From: an uncultured delta proteobacterium
GTDB taxonomy: Bacteria > Desulfobacterota > Binatia > UBA9968
Length of the DNA stretch: 64,000 nt
Direction: 5' to 3'
Assembly: GCA_963760795.1 (NCBI GenBank)
Contig: CAVXEP010000005.1
Coordinates: forward strand, 1 to 64,000
Shown in pieces: positions 30,197 through 41,934 of this stretch. Under the pieces are notes generated by a model. It was not told where the DNA came from. It did not search any database and worked only from the letters and a program-made list of their open reading frames with translations. Numbering within the stretch: the stretch's first letter is position 1; the number at the start of each line of letters is the position of its first letter. The position numbers and the translations under genes are program-made.

Positions 30197-33100
30197 TCAC
30201 TCATGTCTCTCCTCGGCAGCGGTGTTCGCGCTTTCCCGCGCAAGCTGTTTCTGAACTTCGTCCTCCGTCATCCCATCCATCTCGCGCAGTATCTGCGCGA
30301 GTGCTTCATCGCTAGCCTGCTTTCCTTGCTTCTGCATGACGATGGCCGCCATCTCGGCAACCGTAGGCGATTCAAATAGGGTGCGCAACGGGAACTCAAT
30401 GGAAAAAGCGCTACGGATGCGCGAAACGATTTGCGTCGCCAACAATGAGTGTCCGCCCAGATCGAAGAAGTTGTCGTACACACCAACCTTAACGAGCTTG
30501 AGCACTTCGCGCCAAATTGCCGCGAGCGTTTCTTCGGTCGCTGTGCGCGGCGCTTGATAGACGTTCTCCAGTTCGCGCCTACTTTGATCCGGCGCCGGCA
30601 ACGCTCTGCGGTCTACTTTACCGCTCGGTGTCAACGGCAAGTCATCCAGCAGCACCAAAGCGGAAGGAATCATGTACTCCGGTAGTTTCTGCTTGAGATA
30701 GTTTTTTACTTCCGCAGCGTCGAACGACCCTTGCGGCTGCGCCACCACATAACCCACGAGCCGCTTATCACCCGGCTCATCTTCTCGCACCGCCACCACC
30801 GAAGTCTGAACCGCTCGGTGTTGACCGAGCACTGCCTCAACCTCTCCCAGCTCAATGCGATAACCGCGAATCTTTACTTGAGTGTCGATTCGCCCGAGAA
30901 ACTCGATGTTTCCATCCGGAAAATAACGAGCGAGATCGCCGCTCTTATATAAGCGCTTGGCCGGTGCTGCGCTGAAGAAATGATAAATGAACTTCTCCGC
31001 CGTCAGTGCCGGCTGGTTTAGATAACCTCGCGATAATCCCACGCCGCCAATGTGCAGCTCTCCCGCCACGCCAATGGGAACCGGCTCCAAGTAGCGATCG
31101 AGAATGTAAATTCGCGTATTCGCAATCGGCCGGCCGATGGGCACCACCGGACGATCGCTCTCTGTCCTGCACTGCCAGGCGGTTACGTCGATGGACGCTT
31201 CCGTCGGCCCATATAAATTATGCAGCGCCGCGCCGCTGCGCGCAAAGAAGCGTTGCTGCAATTCGTAGGATAACGCCTCGCCGCTACAGAAAACTTGTCT
31301 GAGAGTAGTGCAACTCTCAGCGCCGCTTTCCTGCAAAAACACCCCGAGCATGGAGGGAACGAAATGGAGCGTGGTGATGCATTGCGAGTTGATCAGCTCG
31401 ATAAGATAAGCGCTATCTCGATGCCCGCCCGGCCGAGCCATGACTAGACAAGCGCCGCTGATCAATGGCCACAACAACTCCCACACCGATACGTCAAAAG
31501 TAAATGGAGTTTTCTGCAAAACACGATCCCCCGGCGTGAGCCGATAAGCCTCCTGCATCCACTGTAAACGATTACGCAAGCCGCCATGAACATTGAGCAC
31601 GCCCTTGGGCCTGCCGGTCGAGCCCGAGGTATAGATCATGTAGGCGACGTTATGGCCGTCCACTTGGTTTTGAAGATTTTCTTCGCTCTGCTGCGAAAGC
31701 TCCTCCCAAGCGTTGTCCAAGCAGATTCTTTGATCCGTAAAGCCGCTAAGAAACGTGTTGAATCGTTCTTGGGTCAGTATCAGCGGCGTGGGGATGTCTT
31801 GGAGCATGAACTTTAGTCGATCCGTTGGAGAGTCAGGATCCATCGGCACATAGGCGCCACCGGCTTTCAGAACGGCAAGAATGGCGATCGCCATCTCCAA
31901 AGATCGCTCCATGCACACCGCTACCAAGCTCTCCGCTTGCACTCCTCGCTGGCGTAGGTAGTGAGCGAGTTGGTTAGCTTTCTGGTTTAACTCCCGATAG
32001 GTCAGTTGCTGATGTTCAAATATAAGCGCCACCGCGTCCGGGCACCGCTTCGCCTGGGCTTCAAAAAGCTCATGAACGTATTTATCCGAAGGAAAATCTA
32101 GCTGGGTGTCGTTCCACTTCTCGAGTAACTGCTGTCGCTCGGGCGCGCTGAGCAAAGCCAGCCGATCAATCGGTTGCTCGGGACCGGCGATAATGCTTTC
32201 GAGCAGATTAAGAAAATGCTCGGTCATGCGAACGATTGTCCGCTCATCGAATAAATCCGTATTGTAGGAAAAATTACCGCGCAGCTGGCCACTGCTTTCT
32301 TCCAGAAAGAGTTGTAGATCGAACCTTGAAATACCGCTGTCGAGGTCGAGCGGGGAGACTGACGTGCCGGAAAGCACAGGAGCGACGTGCGGCGTGTTCT
32401 GGAAAGCAAATGCCACATCGACAATGGGACTACGGTTTAGCTGCCGTTCAGGATGGAGTTCTTCGACCAGTTTTTCGAAGGGTAGATCCTGGTGCGCATA
32501 GGCCGCCAAACAGACCAGCCGCACTCGGTTCAACAACTCCAAAAAGCTTGGCTCGCCGGAAGTATCGACTCGAAAAACTAAAATGTTGAGGAAAAAACCA
32601 ATGAGGTTCTCAACCTCAGCGCGATTCCGGCCGGCAACCGGGCATCCGATCGTGATGTCATCTTGCGATGTGTAGCGATGCAATAATGTCTGAAACGCCG
32701 CCAGCAAAGTCATGAAAAGGGTTGCGCCGCGGTCGCGGCTGAGCCGCTTGAGCTTGGCGGAAAGGTCCAGCGAAAGGGTAAAGCATTGCTTCGCTCCGCG
32801 ACTCGATTGAACCGGCGGGCGCGGCCGGTCCGTCAATAAATGTATGGGAGTCGTTCCGTCTAGCTGTCGGCGCCAATACTCCGACTGCTTCTGCATCAGG
32901 TGGTTTTGCAGTCTGTCCCTCTGCCAACTGGCATAATCAGCGTATTGAATAGCAAGTTTCGGCAGCGAAACTTGCTTGCCTTGGCAAAACGCTTCATAGC
33001 AATCCGCCAGCTCGCGCCAAAGTACGCCCATAGACCAACCGTCGAAGACGATGTGATGCACAGCAAACAGCAAAACATGATCGTCATCGCTGCGACGAAG

Positions 33101-35388
33101 CAATGAAACCCGCAACATGGGACCACGACTCAGATCGAAGGGTTGCCGTGCCAGGGCGGCGCAATAGCGCCGCAACACCGCCTCGTCTTCAAGCACCGAT
33201 TTACGTTCGCCGAGATCGACTACGTTGAGCGAGGTAGTCAAGTTTGCCAGAACCTTCAGGTTTGGCTTACCGTCCACCGACTCGAAAACTGTTCGGAGAA
33301 CTTCATGGCGCGCGATAATTTCATTAAGACTTTGCTCCAGCGCGCTGATGTTCAGCTTGCCGGCGATCTGAAAAGCGCTAAGCAAATTGTATGCGGGATC
33401 TCCGGGATGGAGCTGGTCTAAAAACCAAAGTCGCTGCTGTGAAAAGGAAAGTTCTCGTGGCGGCTTGCTTGAGACAGAGCACAGGGCAGTTTCATTCGCA
33501 GGTGCCGAAGATCGCGCGGTCGCCTCAAGTAATCGAGCGATACCTGCAACGCTGGGAGATGCAAAAAGGTTCGCCATGGGGATTTCCCGTTCGAACGTTG
33601 CAGTTAAGCGGGTCATGACACGTCCCAAGGTTAACGAGTCGCCGCCGAGTTCGAACAAATTATCCTCGATCCCCACCGGCTCGATCCCAATACATTGGGA
33701 AAAGATTCGAGCGACGGTATTTTCTAAGTCGGTGCGAGGAGCGACAAATGGCGTATCGAGTTCCGGCCGGCGACTGTCCGGATCAGGTAACGCCCGGCGG
33801 TCGATCTTGCCGTTCACGGTTAACGGCAAAGCGTCTAGAAAAACGAACGTCGACGGAATCATGTACTCGGGCAGCTTGGTCTGCAGCAGACGGCGCATTT
33901 CTCTGGTGCTGGGTGCGGCTGGGGATGTGAGATAAGCGACCAATCGAGCCTCTCCCGAGTCCCTCACTTTTGCGACTACTACGGCATCTTGAATTCCCAC
34001 TTGCTCGCGCAGAGTTTTTTCCACTTCGCCGATCTCTACACCGTAACCACGAATCTTGACGCGGAAATCCTTGCGGCCCTTGTGGATAAGGCAGCCATCG
34101 GCAAGCATGAGGCCGAGATCGCCCGTGTGATAGATACGTTGATCGCCGTGTTCGGGGTCGGTTTTGAATTTCGCCGTGGTTAGTTCCGGATCACGCCAAT
34201 AGCCTGGCGATAGATATTTGCTACGAACTACGATTTCGCCGATTTCGTTGTAACCGACCGGATCACCTTGTTCGTCCAGCAATACGATTTCTTTATCTCG
34301 GGCAGCATAACCGACCGGAACGTCATCGCCGGGAACTTTGCTATCCCTCTCGATAAAATACTCGGCCAGCAAGTGTGTCTCACTAGAATTCAAACCGTTA
34401 ACTAAGAGACTGTATGCGGAGAAATATCGTTTATAGAGATCGACATCGGTTTTACAAACCGTTTCACTGCTCAACCTAAGCAATCGTAGATCGGGAAATC
34501 GCTCCGCTTCCGTCAGAACTTCGCAGAGGTTACGAAATAATGGAGCGGCAATTGGCAAGATCGTTATTTTCTCCTGCGCGAGCCAACGGCTCAGACCGCC
34601 GAACCCTTCTCTGTTAACGTCGAACGGCAAGAGCGCGGCACCATTCAACAAGGCACAAAAACTCCCGATGATGGCATTTGACGTACCGGCACAATAAGAT
34701 GTGGAATTCGGTCCTGGGCACAAAATCCGCCGGCATCGCTGCGTAACATCGAGATATGCAGAACCATCCTGTGATTAGTGATGACTCCCTTGGGGCGCCC
34801 GCTGGAGCCCGATGTGTGAACAATGAAGGCCAGCGTGTCAGGTAAGATTTCCTGGCAAAGATTGTCCAACGGAAGCCTGTCATCGACTGATTCGAGCTCG
34901 ATCACCGACTGACCGTCTCGCATGAGTTCATTGGCTAACGAAAGATTTTGCCGGTTGGTCATTGTTAAATCCGGCGAGCAATCGTCTAGGATCGCTTCGA
35001 GTCGCGCTTTGGGCAGCACAGAGTCTAGCAGCACGAAGAATCTGCCGGCTTTTAGTACGCCGATCATTGCCGCGATTTGCTCTACGCCTTTCTCAAACAG
35101 CAGCGCGACAGGCATGTCTCGGTTGCCGCGCTGCGCCGCTACGACTCGTGCGACTCGATTGGCGATCCTGTTTAGCTCCGCATAGGTGACAACTCGTTTA
35201 CCCGTCTTGATCGCGGTATGATCGGGGTATCGCTTTACGATCTTCTCAAATCGTGCCGGGATCGATGATTCGACTTCTTCAATGGGAAACTCGGCGAGCG
35301 TTCCCGACGGATGAAAACACCGATCCCGGATCGCCTGCTGCTCCGGCGGAAGTTTGCAGCTATTTTTAAGTGAATCCGTCATGTTCAT
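30197..35388 (-). CDS. NRPS A-T-C-A-T, indel near 34695
   Basis: A1 (TSGSSGRPKG, TGDLG, NGKIDR), T1 GGDSL, C HHIVFDGWS, A2 (FDVSVWE, YGPTE), T2 GGHSL; no TE or reductase; ORFs 34645-35421 and 30197-34723 join. Confidence 0.9.
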
Positions 35389-35741
35389 ATCCAATTGAGT
35401 TCGTGCCCGTTCTTCAGCCAAAGGGCTTCATCCTCACTTCCGAGATACCCATATCCTAACTGAGAACGCGATCGAGCTTCAATGTTGAATATCAGTGAAA
35501 CAACTAATGTTTATGATGGTAAGACTATTCTTGTAGCGCGATTGCTGAGTGAATCGGCGATACGAAGAGGTAAATTAGCGGGATTGTAATGATAGCATCC
35601 GACCTTCATGCTCGATAAAGTCACCGCAAACTCCCGCATTGGATCAGAGTAGCAAAGGCCCCGGTCACGTCGAGACCCAATTCGAACGGCAGCTGCCATG
35701 ATTGATCCTCCCCATGAAATGTGATTTTTGTTTTGTTTATC

Positions 35742-35823
35742 GTAGGGGCGACCCGCCGCCTGTCCTGAGCAAAGTCGAAGGGTGGTCGCCCGTCCGAGGG
35801 CAGACACATCGGTCTGCCCTGAC
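35742..35823. repeat. GTAG-type REP doublet with a nested cctgtcctgagc..gtcgaagg element
   Basis: gtaggggcgacc[...]ggtcgccc and gggcagac..gtctgccc hairpins. Confidence 0.6.
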
Positions 35824-35882
35824 GATGACGCGTCGTAAATCCCAAATTGAACCACTACAGCAACCTACCGGAGGATTGAACC

Positions 35883-37001
35883 ATGGCCAAGAACGGCTTC
35901 AAGATTATCGACAGCGACATGCATATCATGGAACCGCCTGATTTATGGGAGCGCTATATCGACAAAAAGTTCAAGGATCGCGCCCCGCGCGGCGTCGTCA
36001 GTCATAACGTCCGCGACCTGCGCATGGTTTATCCCGACGGCCGGGATTGGGCGCGCCAATCGCCGCGCGAAAGCGATGTCGCCAGCGGCCACAATTTCGA
36101 AAAGAATCAAAACACCTACCGAGTCGATGCCGAGCGCGGCTGGAGCGCGGAAGTGCAGCTCGAAGCGATGGATATCGAAGGCATCGACATCGCGGTTTTG
36201 TATCCGACCCGAGGTCTGCGCGCCTTGGTCATTGACGATATGGATGCGCCCTTCGCCGCCGCCATGGCGCGCGCCTACAACGATTGGCTATATGATTTTT
36301 GCAAGAAAGATCCAACGCGCTTGATCGGCGCGGCGATGATCTCACCCTACAATATGAATGACGCCGTCAGCGAGGCGCGCCGCTGTGCCGAATTGGGCTT
36401 TCGCGCGGTTTTTCTGCGCGCGGTACCGCTGGTCGATCATCAATGGGAAGACGACTATTACGAACCGCTGTGGGATGCATTGGAAGCGCTCAATCTCTCG
36501 GTGGGACTGCACGAGTCGACCGGAACGGGTAAAAAACAAGTGGGCCGGCGCCTCGAGCCCAATCTCATGCTGCGCCGGGTTTACGCTCAGCCCTTCGAGC
36601 AGATGATGGCGCTCGGCAACTTCTGCGCCGGCGGCGTGTTGGCGCGCCATGCCAAATTGCGCGTGGCATTTTTAGAAGCTAACTGCAGCTGGCTGCCCTG
36701 GCTGCTCTGGCGATTGGACGAAACCTGGGAGCTCGAAGGCGATGTTTGGGCGCCGGCATTGAAAATGAAGCCCAGCGAATATTTCAAGCGTCAATGCGTG
36801 GTATCCATCGAACCCGGTGAGATTACCGCGACTAATTTAGTCGACCAGTTCGGCAGCGGCCGGTTAGTTTTTTCGACGGATTATCCGCATGGCGATTCCA
36901 AATATCCCGAAGCGGTGAATCACTTCCTCAAGCTGCCCATCGCCGACGAGCACAAACGAAAAATTCTCTGGGACAATTGCGCCGCCTATTATGCGATGTG
37001 A
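35883..37001 (+). CDS. Amidohydrolase family 2 protein
   Basis: IIDSDMHIMEP, AYNDW, FLEANCSW, STDYPH; GGAGG RBS. Confidence 0.9.
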   Translation: MAKNGFKIIDSDMHIMEPPDLWERYIDKKFKDRAPRGVVSHNVRDLRMVYPDGRDWARQSPRESDVASGHNFEKNQNTYRVDAERGWSAEVQLEAMDIEGIDIAVLYPTRGLRALVIDDMDAPFAAAMARAYNDWLYDFCKKDPTRLIGAAMISPYNMNDAVSEARRCAELGFRAVFLRAVPLVDHQWEDDYYEPLWDALEALNLSVGLHESTGTGKKQVGRRLEPNLMLRRVYAQPFEQMMALGNFCAGGVLARHAKLRVAFLEANCSWLPWLLWRLDETWELEGDVWAPALKMKPSEYFKRQCVVSIEPGEITATNLVDQFGSGRLVFSTDYPHGDSKYPEAVNHFLKLPIADEHKRKILWDNCAAYYAM

Positions 37002-37066
37002 CTCGGTGAATTGAAAAGGCGCGGCTCCAGCGTCCATTGGAACCCGGAGCCGCGCCATGGATGAAG

Positions 37067-37177
37067 CTATCGAGAATCGTAACCCCTGGAATAATCGCGG
37101 CGGTGATGCAACCAGTGGCAACCGGACGCCGAAACGACTCCCAACGCCAACAAGACCAATAGCGCGGTGGTTTTCAT
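37067..37177 (-). CDS. 36-aa putative lipopeptide
   Basis: MKTTALLVLLALGVVSASG-C-HWLHHRRDYSRGYDSR; AGGAGG RBS just upstream. Confidence 0.55.
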   Translation of the reverse strand: MKTTALLVLLALGVVSASGCHWLHHRRDYSRGYDSR

Positions 37178-37476
37178 GGTCCCTCCTTTCCTTGCCAGAG
37201 TTCTTGAGTGTAACGACTGAGCCAATTGTTTTTTCGTCATTGTCTGATTCCTTAACTTGTTAGACGGCGGCGCAGATAGTTCGCACCGGCGTCGACAAAA
37301 ACATTTCCCGCACAATCGGCGCGGCAATAGAGAAATGCTAGAGAGAAATAACCCGGCGGGAGATTCCAGTTACGGCGAAAGATAGCAGCGCAGACTTTTG
37401 CGTGAAGACGAAATTGCCCCGGCTACAAGCCAGGAGATTGTAAGTGCGTTGACTCGAAGTCGATTGGCTCTATTTG

Positions 37477-37526
37477 GTCATTCTCGCGAAAGCGAGAATC
37501 CAGGTGACGACAGCGCGGCTATGACG
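37477..37526. repeat. REP-like hairpin
   Basis: gtcattctcgcgaaagcgagaatc...atgac. Confidence 0.5.
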
Positions 37527-37587
37527 GAACTTCTCTTAGCCTGCCTCGTCGGCACGAGAAAATTGCCAGTTGGCCTACTTCGGTGGA

Positions 37588-37860
37588 TCAATCCCGGTTG
37601 CGGCGATCGTCTTCGAAGCGCTGTTTCAAGCGGTCGCGGCGGTCCTGCGGCATGCGGTTCCAGCGGTCCCATTCCTCGCGCAGGTGTTCTTTGTCTTTCG
37701 GCGGCAGCTTTTCCCAGCGCTCATAATTGCGGCGAACATTGTCCTTCTCCTTGGGATTGAGCTTGCGCCAGTCATCGCCGGCGGCCAGGGCACTGGACTC
37801 AAACAAGAGAAATAACCCAAGGACGATTAGAAACAGTTTATGCGTTTTCATCTTTGTCAT
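37588..37860 (-). CDS. Secreted DUF3106-like protein
   Basis: Signal peptide then repeated W..L.P.E...(R/L) units; third gene of the ECF operon. Confidence 0.7.
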   Translation of the reverse strand: MTKMKTHKLFLIVLGLFLLFESSALAAGDDWRKLNPKEKDNVRRNYERWEKLPPKDKEHLREEWDRWNRMPQDRRDRLKQRFEDDRRNRD

Positions 37861-37873
37861 AGCCGCAGTTTAT

Positions 37874-38437
37874 TTACGCAACCGCCGGCGCCGCTCCCCC
37901 GTTATGAATATCGCTGGTCTTAGGCTCCGGCTTGCTGGCATCCAGTTCTTCAAGGGTGCCGAGCGATTCGAGAATTTCCAGCGATTTGAAGAATTCGAGC
38001 TGATTCGAGTCGACCAGCACCTCGGCGGGAATGCTCGGCGCCGGCGTATCGATGAATGAAACCAGGTCACTCTTTTCCAATACCAAGGCGATCGCCAAAG
38101 CCGCCACCGCCATCGTGCCGAAGGCAGGCATCAGCCAACCGTTCAGCGGTGCGAACCAATCGCTCCACCAACTCTGTCGCGCCTCATGGGCGTCCACCTT
38201 CGCCATGGTTTCACGAAAGTAACTATCCCAGAACGGCTGCGGCAATTCCGGCTGCGGCGCCATCTGCGGTAACACGCGGCCGAGATCATCGATAAAGTTA
38301 CGGCAGCGGCCGCACTGCGCCATATGCTGCTCCATCGCCGCGCGCTCGGCGGCGCCGCTCTCGCCGTAGTAGTAGAGCACCAAGTCTTCTTCGTAGTTTT
38401 TGCAGGCGCCTTCGAGCGGCGCAACGCGATTTTCCAT
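37874..38437 (-). CDS. Anti-sigma factor with zf-HC2 zinc finger and one TM helix
   Basis: HMAQCGRC HxxxCxxC motif, central hydrophobic helix; follows the ECF gene. Confidence 0.85.
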   Translation of the reverse strand: MENRVAPLEGACKNYEEDLVLYYYGESGAAERAAMEQHMAQCGRCRNFIDDLGRVLPQMAPQPELPQPFWDSYFRETMAKVDAHEARQSWWSDWFAPLNGWLMPAFGTMAVAALAIALVLEKSDLVSFIDTPAPSIPAEVLVDSNQLEFFKSLEILESLGTLEELDASKPEPKTSDIHNGGAAPAVA

Positions 38438-38447
38438 GACCTTCTCC

Positions 38448-39023
38448 CTAAACGAACTCCACCAGGCTGTGGCGCAGTGCCGCTACCGCCCTGTGCAGAT
38501 ATACCCGAACGGTTCCTTCAGTGGTTTTCATCACCTTAGCGATATCGGCGATCGGCAGACCTTCCTGGTTCCGCAGTAGAAATGCCGTGCGCTGTTTATT
38601 GGGCATCGACTCCAAAGTTGCATTGGCGCGTCGCGTCGCTTCACCGGCGATCGCATGCTGATCCGGCAGATACTGGGTGTCAACCAACTGGCGCTGGCCT
38701 CCAGGTCCCTCGGCACTCTTGTCCAGCGACTCCCACATCACCCGGCCACTGCGCCGCGCATGATCCAAGCAGAGATTGACCACGATCCGATAGAACCAAG
38801 TATAGAAACTCGATCGGCCGTCAAAACGCTTGATGTTGACGTAGGCGCGCAGAAACGCGTCTTGCGATAGATCTTTGGCTGTCTCCGTATTACGCGTGAA
38901 GTTGTACGCGATATGAAACGCCTTTTCCATATAGCGCCGCACCAATACCTCGAAGCAATCGGTCTGACCCTGTTGAGACAAGGCCACCAACGCTTCGTCG
39001 CCGAGATCCTGCGTGCTTTCCAT
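38448..39023 (-). CDS. ECF sigma factor
   Basis: DLSQDAFLRAY, FYTWFYRIVVN, IADIAKVM..TEGTVR. Confidence 0.93.
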   Translation of the reverse strand: MESTQDLGDEALVALSQQGQTDCFEVLVRRYMEKAFHIAYNFTRNTETAKDLSQDAFLRAYVNIKRFDGRSSFYTWFYRIVVNLCLDHARRSGRVMWESLDKSAEGPGGQRQLVDTQYLPDQHAIAGEATRRANATLESMPNKQRTAFLLRNQEGLPIADIAKVMKTTEGTVRVYLHRAVAALRHSLVEFV

Positions 39024-39063
39024 GGCTATTCAACGGTGGTGGTCAAACCAGCCGCTTGTCTGG

Positions 39064-39091
39064 TTAGACGCCTCAGCCAGACAAAGGTTAA
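39064..39091 (-). promoter_or_regulatory. Putative ECF autoregulatory promoter
   Basis: Minus strand TAAC-N16-CGTCTAA about 40 bp upstream of the ECF ATG; fits the generic AAC..CGT ECF pattern. Confidence 0.5.
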
Positions 39092-39316
39092 CACCGCCGA
39101 TCTTCCCAGCGGAAATGGCTTAAGCTGCCGGATTGGTGTGATTTTCGATCGCAGCCACAGGGGCCCCGAACGACCGGAAGGTTGCACCAAAGAGTCACAG
39201 ATATCCTAGCGCGGGTCCAGCGCAGCCAAAGGGGAAAGAGTTTTTCACCACGAAGTGAATCATGATCTTACGCACGCCCACAGATAATGAAAATACCGGA
39301 AGCCATTCCTTAGACT

Positions 39317-39386
39317 CGTCATGCCGGCGCAGGCCGGCATCCAGGGGCGGGAGGAGGGATGGATACCGGCCTGCGCCGGTATGACG
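39317..39386. repeat. CGTC-type REP doublet
   Basis: cgtcatgccggcgcaggccggcatcca ... tggataccggcctgcgccggtatgacg inverted pair. Confidence 0.7.
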
Positions 39387-39546
39387 GAACAGAGAGTCGT
39401 TATCGATGCGCAGATCATCGCTGCACGTGTATTTTCGAAGGAGGATCTAGCGTGCTAAAACCGCACCAAAGAAAACGATAGAACTCTGGAATTTGACTGC
39501 AAAGAGCACAAAGGGTGCAATAAAAATTCCGAGCGGAAGTCCGAGC

Positions 39547-39570
39547 GTAGGGGGCGTATGGCATACGCCC
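39547..39570. repeat. GTAG-type REP hairpin
   Basis: gtagggggcgtatggcatacgccc. Confidence 0.5.
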
Positions 39571-39798
39571 TGGGGCGGCGGAGCGGCGATCACTTGGATA
39601 GGAAATTCACCCAGACGCTCTAATGGACAATGGTCCCCTGAAGAAAATTGTTATCGCGAAGGTCGCTGGCAGCGTTCAAGAAACCTTCCCAGCGACAAGA
39701 TTGTTAGCCGGCGTGAAATCTTTGCTGCCCGCTGGCTGCGCCGGCGATTAACTCGGGGCATGAGAATAGCAAGGAGCAAAACGCGCCCCCATACGCTC

Positions 39799-40460
39799 TC
39801 AATGACCGGATTGGCCGCTGATGCCGGTGACCTTGATACTGCCATGCTTGGATTTGTACTTGCGGTTGAGCGCGATGATCACACCGGTCAAACCTTCGAT
39901 GACATAAGCATTGCTCGCTGGTCCGGCGTCGTAGGCAGTGGCGCCGATGCGCTGGATGATCTCCATGACTTTCTGTTTCGCCTCGCCATTGTCGCCGCAC
40001 ACCAGCACGTCGCCCAGCGGCGAATCGACATCGCCGAGATCGACGGCGGAGATATTATGCAGCGCGCCGATCACCGGCGCTTCGTCGCCGAGAATCTGCT
40101 GCGCTTCCTGCAACGCCGATCCGGCGGCGGGCACGAAAGGCTTAACTTTATTCAGCGGCACCACCGTATCGATGATAATTTTCCCCGCCACCTGGCCTTT
40201 CAAATCCTGCACCATCTGCGCCTGGCCTTCGTAGGGGACCGCGATCACCACGAAGTTGGCGTCCTTGACCGCCGCTTGATTGGTCATGCCGATCATCTCG
40301 CCGGCGCGCAAACTGGGCCGCAAAGTTTCCACCGCCTTTTGGCTTTTTCGGCATCGCGCGAGCCGATGATAATTTTAACCCCCGGCGCGCCCAGGCGGAG
40401 CGCCAGGGCGCTGCCCAAGTTTCCCGTGCCGCCGACGATAGCTACAGTGAAGTTGTCCAT
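39799..40460 (-). CDS. npdG: NADPH-dependent F420 reductase, indel near 40338
   Basis: MDNFTVAIVGGTGNLG..., IIGSRDAEKA, AVPYEG, IDTVVPL, EGLT..IIALNRKYK. Confidence 0.88.
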
Positions 40461-40474
40461 ATTATTTTTCTAAC

Positions 40475-41228
40475 CTAGCGAAAAAGATCTTCCGCCTCGG
40501 GGCGTAAGAGCTCCTGCACCGATCCTTCCTCGTTAATTTGTATGTCATAGCCGCGCACGATCACCACCGGCACACCGTCGCGCTTGCCCATCACCAACTC
40601 GGCGGCGGAAGCCAATTCATCGGCCACCGCCGCCACCGCCGCTTTGAGTTCGTAACCATGGCGATCCTTGAGACCGCGCTCATCCTTGATCGGATCGAGG
40701 CCGGCAACCCCGACCGCCACATCCACCGTGCCGACGCGCCAGGCGCGGCCGAAGCTATCGCTGACCACGATGCCGACTTGCTTGCCGGTCCGGCGCTGAA
40801 TCTCAGCGCGTATCCCGCGCGCCGAACGGTCGGCGTCCTTGGGCAATAGGGCAACTTGCTTGAGCCCGACATTGGACTGATCCACGCCGGCATTGGCGCA
40901 GACAAAGCCATGATGAGTTTCGACGATCAGCGCCCGGCCGCCGGTGCGAACGACTTTGCGGCTCTCGCCGAGAATGACTTCAATCAGTTCGGCTTCTTTA
41001 CCGAGTTCGCGCGCCAGCTCCCGCGCCCGTGCCGACGGCTGGACCGTTGCCAGCGCAATCATTTGGCCTTCGGCTTTGGAAACGATTTTTTGCGCCACCA
41101 CGAGAACATCGCCGTCGGCGAGTGGCCACTGCTGCCGCTCGCAGGCATCGCAAATAAGTTGCCCGAGGGAGTCGCCGGCATGAACCTCGCGCGATCCCCT
41201 CCAAGCCGACCAGCTCAACTCTTTTCAT
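40475..41228 (-). CDS. cofE: Coenzyme F420-0:L-glutamate ligase, indel near 41190
   Basis: KIVSKAEG, HGFVCANAGVDQSN, DSFGRAWR.G, ADELASAA, DLFR; start MKRVELVGLEGI lies in an adjacent frame. Confidence 0.92.
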
Positions 41229-41916
41229 GCCCCACCAGAGCCTTGGGCGAGCGGCGCGAGGCGCTCAGCGAGCAACTCCTGGGCAACCCGGGTCGACTCG
41301 CCGCCCTGATAACCATAGGCAAGAAACCGCTCGAGATCCTTCGGCTCGTCGATATCGAGAGCGATATGCTCGTTCTCGACAAAACGAGCCGGCAACCCTT
41401 GCGCGGCTACCTGGCCCATATGAAAAGTTGAAACTGTCATGGCCAAAGCGCAGTTGGATCACATCCGGCGGCGCCAACAACAGCGCATTGGTGCCAAGCT
41501 TGTCGTGGGACGGCACCAATAGAGCGATACGGCGCAGCCGCATCGACTGGAACCTGTGCCAGCACCGCTTCGACATCTGCGGCGCGCACCAGCGGCATAT
41601 CGCCGGGAATGATCAGCACCGCTTGGCAGCCCGCCTGCTTCAATTCGCGACGGGCGAAATCGACGGCGCTGGTTTCGCCGTTCTCGGCACTCTCGCGGAT
41701 CACTGCCGCACCCGCCGCAGCAGCGATGGCAGCAACCTTGTCATCGCCGGTGACAACAAAGGTTCCGGCAAGCCCGCGCGCCAGCCGCACCTGGCGCAGG
41801 ACATCGCGGAACATGGTTTCCGCCAATACTTCACGCGCCGCAACGCCCAGCAGCGGGCCCAAACGTTGCTTGGCGTTGTGAAAACCTTTCACGGGCATCA
41901 GAGCGGCGACATTCAT
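41225..41916 (-). CDS. cofC: 2-phospho-L-lactate/PEP guanylyltransferase, two apparent indels
   Basis: PVKGFHNAKQRL, PGDMPL, GTNALLL..P, LRFG..SF, LDIDEPKDL, spread over three frames. Confidence 0.88.
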
Positions 41917-41934
41917 GGAAAGAAAATTCTTAGA

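Noticed and set aside
39493-40473. Long antisense ORFs (e.g. 39493-40473, 923-1948, 41227-42228, 14006-14821)
   Set aside because: Shadow frames opposite well-supported genes in GC-rich DNA, with no recognisable motifs.
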